Assembly (NCBI GenBank): GCA_002269645.1
Contig: NIVC01004450.1
Location: 1 to 45,542 of the forward strand
Source: Macrostomum lignano
Taxonomy: Eukaryota
Length of the DNA: 45,542 nt
Direction of reading: 5' to 3'
In this document: positions 30,225-43,709 of the stretch, piece by piece
Layout of the letters: each line of letters opens with the position of its first letter
How positions within the stretch are numbered: the first letter of the stretch is position 1
Program-made: the position numbers and the translations under genes
Notes under the pieces: generated by a model
Told to the model about the DNA's origin: nothing
The model's database searches: none
The model's input: only the letters and a program-made list of their open reading frames with translations

Positions 30225-31290
30225 TCATTTGAAAAAAATTAGAACCTTCTCACCATCGATCTCCACCTTCTCAATTCCACGTTGATGTTTTACTTGTTCT
30301 ATAGGTACTTCAGCACTTTTCCGATTAGCATTAGCAGCAGCTTCACTTGTCAGTCCAGCAGGTACCATGGCGACGTTAGCCTGTTGAGACTGGCAGACAA
30401 GCAATGATTCACTAGTCTTGATGTTGCCGCATTGCAAAGCGTTAGAGGCCGATCGGATCGTGTCACTGGACGAGCCAATGTAGCGCTCGAGAGCTGCAGA
30501 AGTGTGCCCGGTAATTCTACTTATTTCGGCTCGCTCGAGGCCGGCGTCTCGCAGAGATGTAGCGCAAGTATTTCTTAGTGTTTGATTCGTGTAGCGGCCA
30601 CAAACGGGTGTCGGTAATCCAGCAGTTACTGTCCTAACAACAGAGTCAATGGTATGTCGACCGAGGGCCTGATTTTGATACCATCTACCTCTCTTCACGG
30701 CGTCCTCACTACGATACCAGTTGAGAAACAGATTAAGCTTATTACAGATCTGTGGTTTCATTTCGACATACTTCTTGTACAAACACAGTGCAGTACCGAT
30801 GGTCGACCGTATAAAAGATGCGCCCGGTCTTTAAGGGTCTGTTGTACGTCTTTAAGCCACATTGGCGAGTCTTGGAGACCGTTGTCTCCTTAAACTAGGA
30901 TTGGAATCTCCAAGAATGCCCTGCTCCCCTAATGACATCTCCTCGGCAGGGTCAAGTGCAATAGTCGACTGTGTTAGATTAAGGTTGCCTTCGCGGGCAG
31001 TCTCCCTCGTTGCAGAATTCTGACCGTCAACCTTCCGGACTTCAAACACAAAGTACTGCAGCAACTCGTTAAGATCTCCAGCTGACATCTCTTCCATTGA
31101 TTTTATGACCATTAGTCCAGGTGTCCTGCCTTCCAGTTGGGCTTGCAGGCAAGAAGCCTTCCAGGCTTCAAAAATTTTGACGGCCCAGTCTCGCTTCGCG
31201 ATTGTAGCTCTAGGGATCCCATCGTCTAGATGACGTTGTAAATCTTCTGCACTAAGAATCTCGCCGATAAGCCTAGGTTGTCGGCAATTT
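30225..31290 (-). pseudogene. Crypton-type tyrosine recombinase remnant (DUF3504-like)
   Basis: IP..TIAKRDWAVKIFEAW, L...LQYFVFEVRKVDG, L.EQGILG..NP, C.V.LYKKY, WY....LG..T, TNQTLRNTCATSL...G......ITGH.S..LERY. Contains internal deletions and frameshifts. Confidence 0.8.
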
Positions 31291-32391
31291 TACTCGAAGA
31301 GGAAGATGTCTGCGCTTCGCTCGCCTCGAGACCAGTATATGCAGCCTCTGACTTTCTGGCCACAGAATACATATTATAAAGCGTTTATCATACACATAAC
31401 ACAAGGATTAAACTTATTTACTGATTATTATAACTAATAAAATTCATAAAAACCTTCTGAAAACTGAATTGCTGTTTTTTTAAGTCCTAGAATATTAGTT
31501 CTATAGTGTTTAGTATACTCATATGTACTCACTGTCAACTATTTGTCTACTTGTTCTCTACATTGAATCGTTAATCCAAGTTAAAACTAGATAAACTTTA
31601 CCACTTGATGTAGCAGTCACGAAATGGCTATATCTATATCTCTATCGCTAGAAGGTTAGCAGTAGACGTGTTTTTATCTCTGTAATGTTTCTACAATAGG
31701 GCACCGCCCTCTGTGGAAACGGGTTCTGAAGGGGGACTGAGGGGAATGGGGATTCTCTCAAACTGGGTTAAGGGTTGTAGAGAAGAGGATACTCAAAGGC
31801 AGAAACCCATCCAAAGGCTCGCGAATCAGCTAAAGTGTTAATTTAAGAACCACTCGATGAACTTCAGCTTCTGTATCTGATCAGAACTTTGGTTTGGTAA
31901 TTTTTTTCTTAAACCGTCAAATGTCAAAACATGTTAAATGTGTCAAACAAAAACATAGGACTAAGGGGCGCCAGAGTTTCCTTGTAACATGAGCACGAGT
32001 TCAGTATCTATGCGGCAGGAAAGTGGAGAGAAAAAAATTCTAACGTGTTTTGAAACCCAGAAATGTTTGATGAAGAAAATTATTTTATTCCTGGATGAAC
32101 TCCATTGAAGAAAGGGGATTCTTTAGCTGAGCATAGAGGTAGAGGCTGCTCTGATGCACGCCATCAAGCTGGATGACACGGACGGCGAGTGGCGGACTCG
32201 ATCCTGCACCGGGCCACTGCTGGGCCTCACTGTGATGACACACCTGGGCTGCAACCAGGTGTTAAGCATTCAAAACTTGCGTCTCTAAAAAGGGTCAAAC
32301 ATCTTTTTTTGATTTCCATTTAATTATTTTTTAGTTCCTACAAATTACTATATTATTTAGGAATTAACTAGTTACCGCTCTAAATAAGAGC

Positions 32392-32906
32392 AGTGACTAG
32401 ATGTGAACAGAGCGACTAGATGTGAACAGAGTGACTAGGTGTGAACAGAGTGACTAGATGTGTGAACAGAATGACTAGATGTGAACGTATTGACTAGATG
32501 TGAACAGAGTGACTAGATTTGAACAGAGCGACTAGATGTGAACAGAGTGACTAGATGTGAACAGAGTGACTAGGTGTGAACAGAGTGACTAGATGTGAAC
32601 AGAGTGACTAGATGTGAACAGAGTGACTAGATGTGAACAGAGTGACTAGATGTGAACAGAGTGACTAGATATGAACGTATTGACTAGATGTGAACAGAGT
32701 GACTAGATGTGAACAGAATGACTAGATGTGAACGTATTGACTAGATGTGAACAGAGTGACTAGATTTGAACAGAACGACTAGATGTGAACAGAGTGACTA
32801 GATGTGAACAGAGTGACTAGGTGTGAACAGAGTGACTAGATGTGAACAGAGTGACTAGATGTGAACAGAGTGACTAGATGTGAACAGAGTGACTAGATGT
32901 GAACAT
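32392..32906. repeat. 19-bp minisatellite GTGACTAGATGTGAACAGA
   Basis: About 27 tandem copies with recurrent variant units. Confidence 0.95.
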
Positions 32907-33893
32907 GAGCACAGCACACAAATATTGTGTGGCCTTCCAAAAGACCAGCGTAATCAACAAAAGCAGAAAAGTCCACGTTTGAGTCCAGCACTCGTTGCAA
33001 TTGTACTCTAGAGTGATTGCTGCTCAATGTTAAACATTTTTCTTTTTTGAAACGGTTTTTAAACGCAAATAAATATATTCAAATAGTTTTCTGTTGTGTG
33101 TTGTTTTTTTGGATTTCTCATTTTACAACTAAAAAATAAGAGCGCAGAGCGGAGATGAAACTAAAACGGTGGTTTTGCCAGTCCGAGCAGAGGTGGGGCT
33201 GGGTCAATTGTGGGCAGACAGGCAGGCAGGTGTTAAATTCTATTTCACACAAGCAAAAATGTAAATTCCAGAGCTGTCCGGCCCCCGGTGTCCGGCCTGG
33301 CTACTATTAGTAGTGTGTGTTTGCAAAAAGGTGAAAAATACTACTTACTTGATTCTCAGCCTCGAAACCAATGATAAGCGTCTTCCAGGAGAAGGCAAAA
33401 CTGCAAAAAAAGAAATCCGAAAACCAAAAAAGCACAGACAGACAGACAGAGAAAACACCGCAAAAAAAACCGAATTCCAAATAAAATTTTCTCCTTCTTC
33501 CAAAATTCAGTTCGAAAATGGGTGGGTCAAAAATAGCCAGGGTTGTTGATGAGGACAAAGCAGAAATTACACTAAAAGGTCAGGCGCGGACACGGGGGCA
33601 AGCCACTCTCATGTTTGCTAATATTAAATTAGACTCTACAATAAATAGTTGCAGGCTGTAGCGGGGGACATTATCTCTAGGCAATCCTATTTATATAATA
33701 AGTAGCTCCGTTAGTCTACTTGCCTCAATTCTACAATATTAATAATGACAATAATAAGTAGAACTAATACGCCAAATTGTTGCATCTTCAAAGATCCTCA
33801 ATCGGAATCTTTGCGCACTACTCGTTAGTAGCGATAGAAGATGGAGAAAAACAGAGCGGTCAAGTCAGTTCTTAGAAACAGTTTTTCCTTCGC

Positions 33894-34141
33894 TCAGACT
33901 GGACTCATGGCGTCCTTGAGAAACTGGGCGATCTCCATCAGATGAAGCTGCTTGTTGCCAGCGGCGGCTGAGGCGGAGGGCGGCCGGCCAGCGTAGGAGA
34001 CGTGGCGGTGAGTGCGGTCCGGACAGTGGCTGCGGATCAGGTTGTTCACCCGGGGCTGGACATAGAACCAGCTGCCCATGTTCTTGTGCTCCTCCTGCAC
34101 CCACTGCACCCTGGCGAACGGGTACTTGTTGAGCTCCTTCA
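33894..34141 (-). CDS. OGDH: OGDH terminal exon
   Basis: Acceptor CGCAG|TG; KELNKYP...QEEHKNMG...YAGRPPSAS...stop. Confidence 0.93.
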
Positions 34142-37100
34142 CTGCGGCGCGGGGGGAGTTGAGTAGCGAAACTAGGGTTACCTTGGCGCTGTTTGGTTGA
34201 CAAGTTGGTAGATAAATTGGTACACCAATTGGTAGGGTAATTAGCAGACAAATTGGTAGGTAAATCGGTAGACTCTTTTGTAGGATAATGTGCAGACGAG
34301 TTGGTAGGCAAGTAGACAAGTTGGTAGGGAAATTGGTAGACAAGTTGGTAGGGAAATTGGTAGACAAGTTGGTAGGGTATATGGTAGACAAGTTGGTAGA
34401 GTATATGGTAGACAAGTTGGTAGGGAAATTGGTAGACAAGTTGGTAGATAAATTGGTACACCAATTGGTAGCGTAATTAGCAGACAAATTGGTAGGTAAA
34501 TCGGTAGACTCTTTGTAGGATAATGTGCAAACGAGTTAGTAGGCAAGTAGACAAGTTGGTAGGGAAATTGGTATACAAGTTGGTAGGGTAATTGGTAGAC
34601 AAGCTGGTAGGGTAATTGGTAGACAAGTTGGTAGGGTAATTGGTAGACAAGTTGGTAGGGTAATTGGTAGACTTATTGTTAGGTTAATTGATAAGACTCA
34701 ATAATCGGTTAACGGGCAGACACGTGTTTAGTCCTATTGGTAGACACATAAGTGGATTAGACGCCACTAGAAAACTACTAGGGAGATGATAAATCGGCAG
34801 CCACAACAGCAAGAAGTCGCTGACTCACAGACAAGATCGTAGGGGAAGGGACTGATCTGTTCAACCCTGCAGATGGCGATGGTGTCATCCTGCCCGGTCC
34901 TCTCGCGCTCCTTCACCAGCTCGTAGTAGACTTTGCCGGTGCACAGCAGCAGCTTGACCACCTCCTTGGGGTCGGCCTTGGCCGGCGGTCCCTGGTCGGG
35001 AATGAGCCGCTGGAAGGAGCTGTCGCCGGTCATCTCGGCGAACGAGCTTCGAGCTTCCGGCAGGCGAAGCAGCGACTTCGGCGTCATCAGCACCAGCGGC
35101 TTGCGGAACGGCAGCAGCACCTGGCGGCGCATCAGGTGGAAATAATTAGCCGGTGTGGTGACGTTGCACACGAACCAGTTGATGTCGTGCAGCTGCTGCA
35201 TCATGAAGTCCTCGTCCAGCACGGGGATGTGATCAGGGTCGTCGTTGGACATCTGCAGGAAGCGCTCGAGGCGGGCGGAGCTGTGCTCGGGGCCCATGCC
35301 TTCGTAGCCGTGCGGCAGCAGCAGCACCAGGCCGCTCTGGCGAACCCACTTCTGCTGGCCGCTGCTCACGAACTGGTCGATGATGCACTGGGCCGTGTTG
35401 TTGAAGTCGCCGAACTGCGCCTCCCACATGATCAGCGCGTTGGGATCGTTGAGAGAGTAGCCAAGCTCGAATCCCATGACGGCGTACTCGGATAGGCTGC
35501 TGTTGCACACGGTGTACGTGGCCTGGCCTGCGGGGTTGGGGAGAGTTGGCAGAATAGTAGGCAGAATAGTACCTCACACAGGGTGTACAGGGCATGCACA
35601 CTCTCTTGGCCTTGGGGTTGGTCCTCAGCTGTGAATCGAACGACAGCCCGCCGGCCAATTTTCATGCACAGCCCCACAAATGAAGGTGGCCACAAGAGTG
35701 CTCAAGAGGTGCTCAATAACTGACTATAAAGTAGACACAATGGTAGACTATAAAGTAGACACAATGGTAGACTATAAAGTAGACACAATGGTAGACTATA
35801 AAGTAGACACAATGGTAGACCACAAAGTAGACACAATGGTAGACTATAAAGTAGACACAATGGTAGACTATAAAGTAGACACAATGGTAGACCACAAAGT
35901 AGACACAATGGTAGACTATAAAGTAGACACAATGGTAGACTATAAAGTAGACACAATGGTAGACCACAAAGTAGACACAATGGTAGACTATAAAGTAGAC
36001 ACAATGGTAGACTATAAAGTAGACACAACAGTATGCCACAAAGCCAGCAGGACTCACCCTGCTCAATATTATTCAGCGGCACGTAGGTGGCCAAGTCTTT
36101 CTCCTGATCGTGCAGCACGTGGTGCCGGTGCGAGAAGGTGCCGCGCTCGACGTCCTGGCCGGACAGCCGGACATGGTAGCCCTCGGTGAGCAGGCTGCCG
36201 AAGGCGAAGGCTTCGCCCATGGCCCAGTCGGCCTGCTCGTGCTCCAGCAGCTCGGCCCGGCCGCGCAGGGTTCGCTTCAGCCCAGGATGAAGTTTGAAGC
36301 CCTGCGGCACGGTGGAGAACACCTGGCCGATCTTGTTCAGCCTGTCCAACGTCACTGATGTAGCCGGAGCTTTCATCGCGTCGCGGCCTTCGAAGAAGCC
36401 GTCCCAGGGCGAGTCCAGCCAGTCGCGGTTGCGCACGCCCTTCACAGACTTCGCGTTGGTGAAGGCGTCTTCGCACACCTTGTCGTAGCGCTGGCTCTCC
36501 TCGTCGTACTCCGCCTGAGTCACCGTGCCCTCCTGCAGGGACAGATGGGGATTTTAGTGTCTTGGGGAATTCTCATCTGGGATAAATAGGGGATATTCTC
36601 ATCTAGGGGATGAATAGGGGATAAATAGGGGATAAAAAGGGGATATCAGTGTCTTGGGGAATTCTCATCTGGGATAAATAGGGGATTTTAGTGTCCTGGG
36701 GAATCCTCATCTGGGATAAATAGGGGATATTAGTGTCTTGGGGAATCCTCATCTGGGATAAATAGGGGATTTTAGTGTCTTGGGGAATTATCATCTGGGA
36801 TAAATAGGGGATTTTAGTGTCTTGGGGAATCCTCATCTGGGATAAATAGGGGATTTTAGTGTCTTGGGGAATTATCATCTGGGATAAATAGGGGATTTTA
36901 GTGTCTTGGGGAATCCTCATCTGGGATAAATCGGGGATTTTATTGTCCAGGGGAATCATCAGCTGGGATAAATAGGGGATTTTATTGTCCAGGGGAATCA
37001 TCAGCTGGGATAAATAGGGGATTTTAGTGTCTTGGGGAATTCTCATCTGGGATAAATAGGGGATTTTAGTGTCTTGGGGAATCCTCATCTGGGATAAATA

Positions 37101-40100
37101 GGGGATTTTAGTGTCTTGGGGAATTCTCATCTGGGATAAATAGGGGATTTTAGTGTCTTGGGGAATTCTCAGCTGGGATAAATAGGGGATTTTAGTGCCT
37201 TGGAGAATCATTAGCTGGGATAAATAGGGGATTTTAGTGTCTTGGGGAATTATCATCTGGGATAAATAGGGGATTTTAGTGACTTAGGGAATCCTCATCA
37301 GGGATAAATAGGGGACATTAGTGTCTTGGGGAATTCTCATCTGGGATAAATAGGGGATTTTAGTGTCTTGGGGAATTCTCAGCTGGGATAAATAGGGGAT
37401 TTTAGTGTCGTGGGGAATCCTCATCTGGGATAAATAGGGGATTTTAGTGTCTTGGGGAATTATCATCTGGGATAAATAGGGGATTTTAGTGTCTTGGGGA
37501 ATCCTCATCTGGGATAAATAGGGGATTTTAGTGTCTTGGGGAATTATCATCTGGGATAAATCGGGGATTTTATTGTCCAGGGGAATCATCATCTGGGATA
37601 AATAGGGGATTTAAGTGTCTTGGGGAATTCTCATCTGGGATAAATAGGGGATTTAAGTGTCTTGGGGAATCCTCATCTGGGATAAATAGGGGATTTTAGT
37701 GTCTTGGGGAATTATCATCTGGGATAAATCGGGGATTTTATTGTCCAGGGGAATCATCATCTAGGATAAATAGGGGATTTAAGTGTCTTGGGGAATTCTC
37801 ATCTGGGATAAATAGGGGATTTTAGTGTCTTGGGGAATTCTCAGCTGGGATAAATAGGGGATTTTAGTGCCTTGGAGAATGATCAGCTGGGATAAATAGG
37901 GGATTTTAGTGTCTTGGGGAATTATCATCTGGGATAAATAGGGGATTTTAGTGTCTTGGGGAATCCTCAACAGGGATAAATTTGGGATTTTAGTGACTTA
38001 GGGAATCCTCATCAGGGATAAATAGGTGACATTAGTGTCTTGGGGAATCCTCATCTGGGATAACCTGGATTTCAGTGTCTTGGGGAATTCTCATCTGGGA
38101 TAAATAGGAGATATTAGTGTCTTGGGGAATCCTCATCTGGGACAAATAGGGGATTTTAGTTTAGTGGCTTAGGGCTGTGAAATCCTTTACTGATACATTC
38201 GATATCAGAATATCTTTCGAAATTCTCAAATGGGATAAATGAATAACAATAGGAGCCTTACGCTAATCAGTTTCTCCAGGTACAGCTGCAGCACATTCTT
38301 GTGCTCCTTGATCTTCTTGTACATGAGCGGCTGCGTGAACATTGGCTCGTCCATCTCGTTGTGCCCGTTGCGCCTGTAGCAGACCAGGTCGATAACAACG
38401 TCCTTGCCGAATTTGGCCCGCCACTCGGCCGCCACCCTGGCCACGTGAATCACCTCCTCCGGGTGGTCGGCGTTCACGTGCAGAATCGGGGCGTTCACGA
38501 CTCGGGCCACGTCCGTGCAGTAGGGGCTGGAGCGCGCCACTCGGGGTCAGTGGTGAAGCCCACCTGGTGAACGGAATTCGGTATTGTGATTTTTAATACC
38601 AATGCTTAAGGTCACTTGAGAGGCGCTGCATTTCCCTCAGGTAGCACTGCAAATCCCTCAGGTAGCACTGCAAATCCCTCAGGTAGCACTGCAAATCCCT
38701 CAGGTAGCACTGCAAATCCCTCAGGTAGCGCTGCAAATCCCTCAGGTAGCGCTGCAAAGCGAACCCACCTGGTTATTAACCACAATATGCACGGTGCCGT
38801 GAGTGGAATAGTTGGGCAGGTCAGACAGATGGAAAGTCTCCAACACGACGCCCTGGCCGCAGAAGGCGGCGTCGCCGTGCAGCAGGATGGACATGACCTT
38901 CTTGCCGTCCTTGTCGCCTCGGTAGAACTGCTCCGAGTAGGTCTTGCCCTGACACACCGGGTCCACCGCCTCCAGGTGAGACGGATTAGCCAGCACGCTA
39001 ATCTTCACCTTCTTATTATTCAGGCGGTTGATCCTTTCGTGACACATGCCCAGGTGGTACTTCACGTCGCCGGAGCCCTCGTCCATGGCTTTGAGCTTGG
39101 AGTCGAACTGGCAGAACAGATTCTCCAGCGGCTTGCGGGCCACATTGGCCAGGACGTTCAGCCTGCCGCGGTGGGGCATGCCGATGTTGAAGCTCTCCAC
39201 GCCCAGGTCCGAGGACACGTCAATCACGGTCTTCATGGCCGGGATCATCACCTCGGCGCCCTCCAGGCCGAACCGCTTCTCTGCCGACCACTTGCGGGCC
39301 AGGAACTCCTCGAATCTGGAGGGGGGGGGGCGGAGTGCTTGAGACTGCATGCTGCAGCTATGGGGTGACGCCTGACCCGCCTGTCTGAAGCTGGGGTGAC
39401 GCCTGACCCGCCTGTCTGATGCTGGGGTGACGCCTGACCCGCCTGTCTGATGCTGGGTGTGCAGGCCTGACCCACCTGTCTGATGCTGGGGTGACGCCTG
39501 ACCCACCTGTCTGATGCTGGGGTGACGCCTGACCCACCTGTCTGATGCTGGGGTGACGCCTGACCCACCTGTCTGATGCTGGGGTGACGCCTGACCCGCC
39601 TGTCTGAAGCTGGGGTGACGCCTGACCGCCTGTCTGATGCTGGGTGTGCAGGCCTGACCCACCTGTCTGATGCTGGGGTGACGCCTGACCCACCTGTCTG
39701 ATGCTGGGGTGACGCCTGACCCGCCTGTCTGATGCTGGGTGTGCAGGCCTGACCCACCTGTCTGATGCTGGGGTGACGCCTGACCCACCTGTCTGATGCT
39801 GGGGTGACGCCTGACCCGCCTGTCTGATGCTGGGTGTGCAGGCCTGACCCACCTGTCTGATGCTGGGGTGACGCCTGACCCACCTGTCTGATGCTGGGGT
39901 GACGCCTGACCCACCTGTCTGATGCTGGGGTGACGCCTGACCCACCTGTCTGATGCTGGGGTGACGCCTGACCCACCTGTCTGATGCTGGGGTGACGCCT
40001 GACCCACCTGTCTGATGCTGGGGTGACGCCTGACCCACCTGTCTGATGCTGGGGTGACGCCTGACCCACCTGTCTGATGCTGGGTGTGCAGGCCTGACCC

Positions 40101-43100
40101 ACCTGTCTGATGCTGGGGTGACGCCTGACCCACCTGTCTGATGCTGGGTGTGCAGGCCTGACCTACTAATCCCATCGAACAGCCCACCCTGACCCACCTG
40201 GTAGACCGGATCAGCCGGGCCAGCAGCAGCCGCTTCTCATCAGGCGTGATGCTCATAACTCCAGGCGTTTCAAACTTCTCCCTGAGCCATTCGCACTGCT
40301 CGTGATTGTTAATAAACATGAACTCGGCCCCGATATATTTGCAGTACACATTCTCCAGCCGGTTAATGATCTCCTTGAGCTGCAGCTCGACCTCCTCTCC
40401 CCCAATTAGAGTGGTCTGCGGCAGCCGGAACCGCTTCTCCATGTCCTCCTTGGCTGCGTTGGTCAAGGATGGTTTTGTTAAGAGCGCCAATCTTTGTTAA
40501 CAAACCCAGGACAAATTGGTATTGCTCAAAAGCTACTGAGACAACAGAATTCATCGTATTAAAAACAGAACTCATCAGGGATGAAGGAACATTATAGAAA
40601 ACTTGGGGTGAATACGCTTGCGCTTGTAAATATAACTGACACTGTGCATCGGGATTTCAAAAGCTTTTCCTATACTTACTACTCACTCTTATTCAGTTTC
40701 AGTAGTCTGTTTAGCGCGCATTTATTGAAGGGATTTTTTTAAAAAAAGTTTGCGGTAATATTGACATCAAAATACATGTACAGTGCAAGGATTATTCACT
40801 TCGGGCAAAGCACAGATAAGATGAAGAAGTTCCTCTTTAGAGCAGCTCAGCGTCACTGCAATACCAGACTATTGATTTTTCTTCTTTATGCTGGTAAGAA
40901 CTTCTCTCAATCGAATTAATGGAACACTTGTTTTGACTAGAAAGTTAAAAAATAAATTACGACAGACATCTAAGAAGACTGGAGTAAGCGAGCAAGTGAG
41001 ATACAGGTGAGTATGCAAGGTCGACAAAGGGGATCGAGGAGGTGATAACAGCTCGGCTTACAGATCCAACTGTACATTGCCGCCCGACAGAATGCGGGGA
41101 AGCCTGCAATTAGCAAAGTACATTGCGGTGTGCGTGCCAGTTGAGCTGAAATTCAGCCTCTAATTTTGTGGGTCGATTCGGCAGTTTTGAGTTTAACACA
41201 GGACTGAATTAGTGTGTCTGAATACAGGGGTTTGGACTGCGCGTCTGTGAGAACTTGGATTGGCTGTGTGTGGGGATTTGGACTGGCTGTCTGTGGGGAT
41301 TTGGATTGACTGTGTGTGGGGATTTGGACTGGCTGTCTGTGGGGATTTGGATTGACTGTGTGTGGGGATTTGGACTGGCTGTCTGTGGGGATTTGGATTG
41401 ACTGTGTGTGGGGATTTGGACTGGCTGTCTGTGGGGATTTGGATTGGCTGTGTGTGGGGATTTGGACTGGCTGTCTGTGGGGATTTGGATTGACTGTGTG
41501 TGGGGATTTGGACTGGCTGTCTGTGGGGATTTGGATTGACTGTGTGTGGGGATTTGGACTGGCTGTCTGTGGGGATTTGGATTGGCTGTCTGTGAGGACT
41601 TGGATTGGCTGTCTGTGAGAACTTGGATTGGCTGTCTGTGAGGATTTGGATTGACTGTCTGTGAGAACTTGGATTGGCTGTCTGTGAGAACTTGGATTGG
41701 CTGTCTGTGAGAACTTGGATTGGCTGTCTGTGAGGATTTGGATTGACTGTGTGTGGGGATTTGGACTGGCTGTCTGTGGGGATTTGGATTGGCTGTCTGT
41801 GAGGATTTGGACTGACTGTCTGTGAGGATTTGGACTGGTTGTCTGTGAGGATTTGGACTGGCTGTCTGTGGGGATTTGGACTGGCTGTCTGTGAGGATTT
41901 GGATTGACTGTCTGTGAGGATTTGGACTGGCTGTCTGTGAGGATTTGGACTGGTTGTCTGTGAGGATTTGGACTGGCTGTCTGTGGGGATTTGGACTGGT
42001 TGTCTGTGAGGATTTGGGCTGACTGTCTGTGAGGATTTGGACTGGTTGTCTGTGAGGATTTGGATTGGCTGTCTGTGGGGATTTGGACTGGCTGTCTGTG
42101 AGGATTTGGATTGGCTGTCTGTGGGGATTTGGACTGGCTGTCTGTGGGGATTTGGACTGGTTGTCTGTGAGGATTTGGACTGGCTGTCTGTGGGGATTTG
42201 GACTGGCTGTCTGTTGGGATTTGGACTGGTTGTCTGTGAGGATTTGGACTGGCTGTCTGTGGGGATTTGGACTGGCTGTCTGTTGGGATTTGGACTGGTT
42301 GTCTGTGAGGATTTGGACTGGTTGTCTGTGAGGATTTGGACTGGCTGTCTGTGAGGATTTGGATTGGTTGTCTGTGAGGATTTGGGCTGACTGTCTGTGA
42401 GGATTTGGACTGGTTGTCTGTGAGGATTTGGACTGGCTGTCTGTGGGGATTTGGACTGGCTGTCTGTGAGGATTTGGATTGACTGTCTGTGAGGATTTGG
42501 ACTGGCTGTCTGTGAGGATTTGGACTGGTTGTCTGTGAGGATTTGGACTGGCTGTCTGTGGGGATTTGGACTGGTTGTCTGTGAGGATTTGGGCTGACTG
42601 TCTGTGAGGATTTGGACTGGTTGTCTGTGAGGATTTGGATTGGCTGTCTGTGGGGATTTGGACTGGCTGTCTGTGAGGATTTGGATTGGCTGTCTGTGGG
42701 GATTTGGACTGGCTGTCTGTGGGGATTTGGACTGGTTGTCTGTGAGGATTTGGACTGGCTGTCTGTGGGGATTTGGACTGGCTGTCTGTTGGGATTTGGA
42801 CTGGTTGTCTGTGAGGATTTGGACTGGCTGTCTGTGGGGATTTGGACTGGCTGTCTGTTGGGATTTGGACTGGTTGTCTGTGAGGATTTGGACTGGCTGT
42901 CTGTTGGGATTTGGACTGGTTGTCTGTGAGGATTTGGACTGGCTGTCTGTGGGGATTTGGATTGGTTGTCTGTGAGGATTTGGGCTGACTGTCTGTGAGG
43001 ATTTGGACTGGCTGTCTGCGGGGATTTGGACTGGCTGTCTGTGGGGATTTGGACTGGTTGTCTGCGCCTAATGAGGATAAGTCTCCAAGTACAAAAACAC

Positions 43101-43606
43101 ACAGAAAACTATCGTTGGTACAACCTTATTACGAAAAAAATCAACAGAAAAGTAAAAAAGCAAAACTGCAAGCTCTGTAAACAGAGCTATCTCTTGCCCA
43201 TCTGCCTCGGACAATGGTTCGGTGGAATGTCACAAAATTATTTGAGTACAGGGGCACAGAGGACACACAGACACACCCTTAAAAACAGCGACACACACAC
43301 AGTCACTCACATTGTGCATCATAGGTAATAATATAGCTACACTTACAGATATTAGGGTGCTCCGACAGAAACTGCCTGGCCGCTTGAGTGTCTGAAAATA
43401 TTCACAAGAATATGGGGGGTAACGTTAAACAAGTGAAGCAGATCTTCAAGTTTATCATCAACTAACGAGTTAGTACGTAAAAAAGAGTAACACAGACCTA
43501 TAGCGGACAGGTCTTTGTTGAGAATGGCAGTGCTGCCGGCCGAGCCCTGCAGGCTGCCCCTAGTGATGTCCAGAGGGTCCAGGCGGGCCACGTTGTGTCC
43601 GCGGGC
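33894..43606 (-). CDS. OGDH: 2-oxoglutarate dehydrogenase E1 (3' seven exons; 5' exons lie beyond the window)
   Basis: Exons 43498-43606, 40198-40453, 38769-39315, 38262-38563, 36058-36532, 34829-35527 and 33894-34141, with GT/AG junctions and matching phases. Motifs [92 protein letters not shown]. Confidence 0.97.
34190..34670. repeat. Intronic 24-bp minisatellite GTTGGTAGGGAAATTGGTAGACAA
   Basis: Tandem copies plus a larger duplicated block. Confidence 0.92.
34829..35527 (-). CDS. OGDH: OGDH exon
   Basis: [15 protein letters not shown]...PFPYDLV; donor GTGAGT. Confidence 0.95.
35717..36030. repeat. Intronic 24-bp minisatellite GACTATAAAGTAGACACAATGGTA
   Basis: About 13 copies; the GACCAC variant recurs every third unit. 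Confidence 0.95.
36058..36532 (-). CDS. OGDH: OGDH exon
   Basis: EGTVTQAEY...WLDSPW...[14 protein letters not shown]...NNIEQ. Confidence 0.95.
36545..38160. repeat. Intronic 42-bp minisatellite
   Basis: GGGATTTTAGTGTCTTGGGGAATCCTCATCTGGGATAAATAG units. Confidence 0.95.
38262..38563 (-). CDS. OGDH: OGDH exon with apparent 1-nt frameshift
   Basis: VGFTTDP then [11 protein letters not shown]...[13 protein letters not shown]. Length 302 is one base short for a phase 0/0 exon. Confidence 0.9.
38632..38760. repeat. Intronic 21-bp repeat TCCCTCAGGTAGCACTGCAAA
   Basis: About 6 tandem copies. Confidence 0.92.
38769..39315 (-). CDS. OGDH: OGDH exon (ThDP-binding region)
   Basis: FEEFLARKW...GDVKYHLG...[11 protein letters not shown]...VNNQ. 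Confidence 0.95.
39360..40165. repeat. Intronic 31/33-bp minisatellite
   Basis: GTCTGATGCTGGGGTGACGCCTGACCCACCT interleaved with a GGGTGTGCAGG variant. Confidence 0.95.
40198..40453 (-). CDS. OGDH: OGDH exon
   Basis: [18 protein letters not shown]...[10 protein letters not shown]...ARLIRST. Confidence 0.92.
41250..43062. repeat. Intronic 23-bp minisatellite G(A/G)GGATTTGGACTGGCTGTCTGT
   Basis: About 79 copies; explains the spurious long ORFs on both strands. Confidence 0.95.
43498..43606 (-). CDS. OGDH: OGDH exon
   Basis: [14 protein letters not shown]...; acceptor AAAG|GCC, donor G|GTCTGT. Confidence 0.85.
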
Positions 43607-43709
43607 CTTTGAGGTGGTTCGGGTTGGTTGGTGCGGTAAGCGGGGCGAGTACGTACTTGCGTGGCAACTTTAACAAATGTCTTCTGAAGCTGAGATCTGA
43701 TCTATACTG

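Noticed and set aside
32040-32270. GC-rich exon-like patch
   Set aside because: OGDH already terminates at 33894, and no frame here gives a recognisable product.
36603-37970. [12 protein letters not shown] repeat ORFs
   Set aside because: These come from the 42-bp intronic minisatellite, which is open only because its unit is a multiple of three.
38742-40490. 582-aa ORF as a single protein with a repeat insert
   Set aside because: It is two OGDH exons plus a read-through minisatellite intron bounded by GT/AG.
41153-43102. 649-aa ORF and overlapping + strand ORFs
   Set aside because: These are translations of the 23-bp intronic minisatellite.
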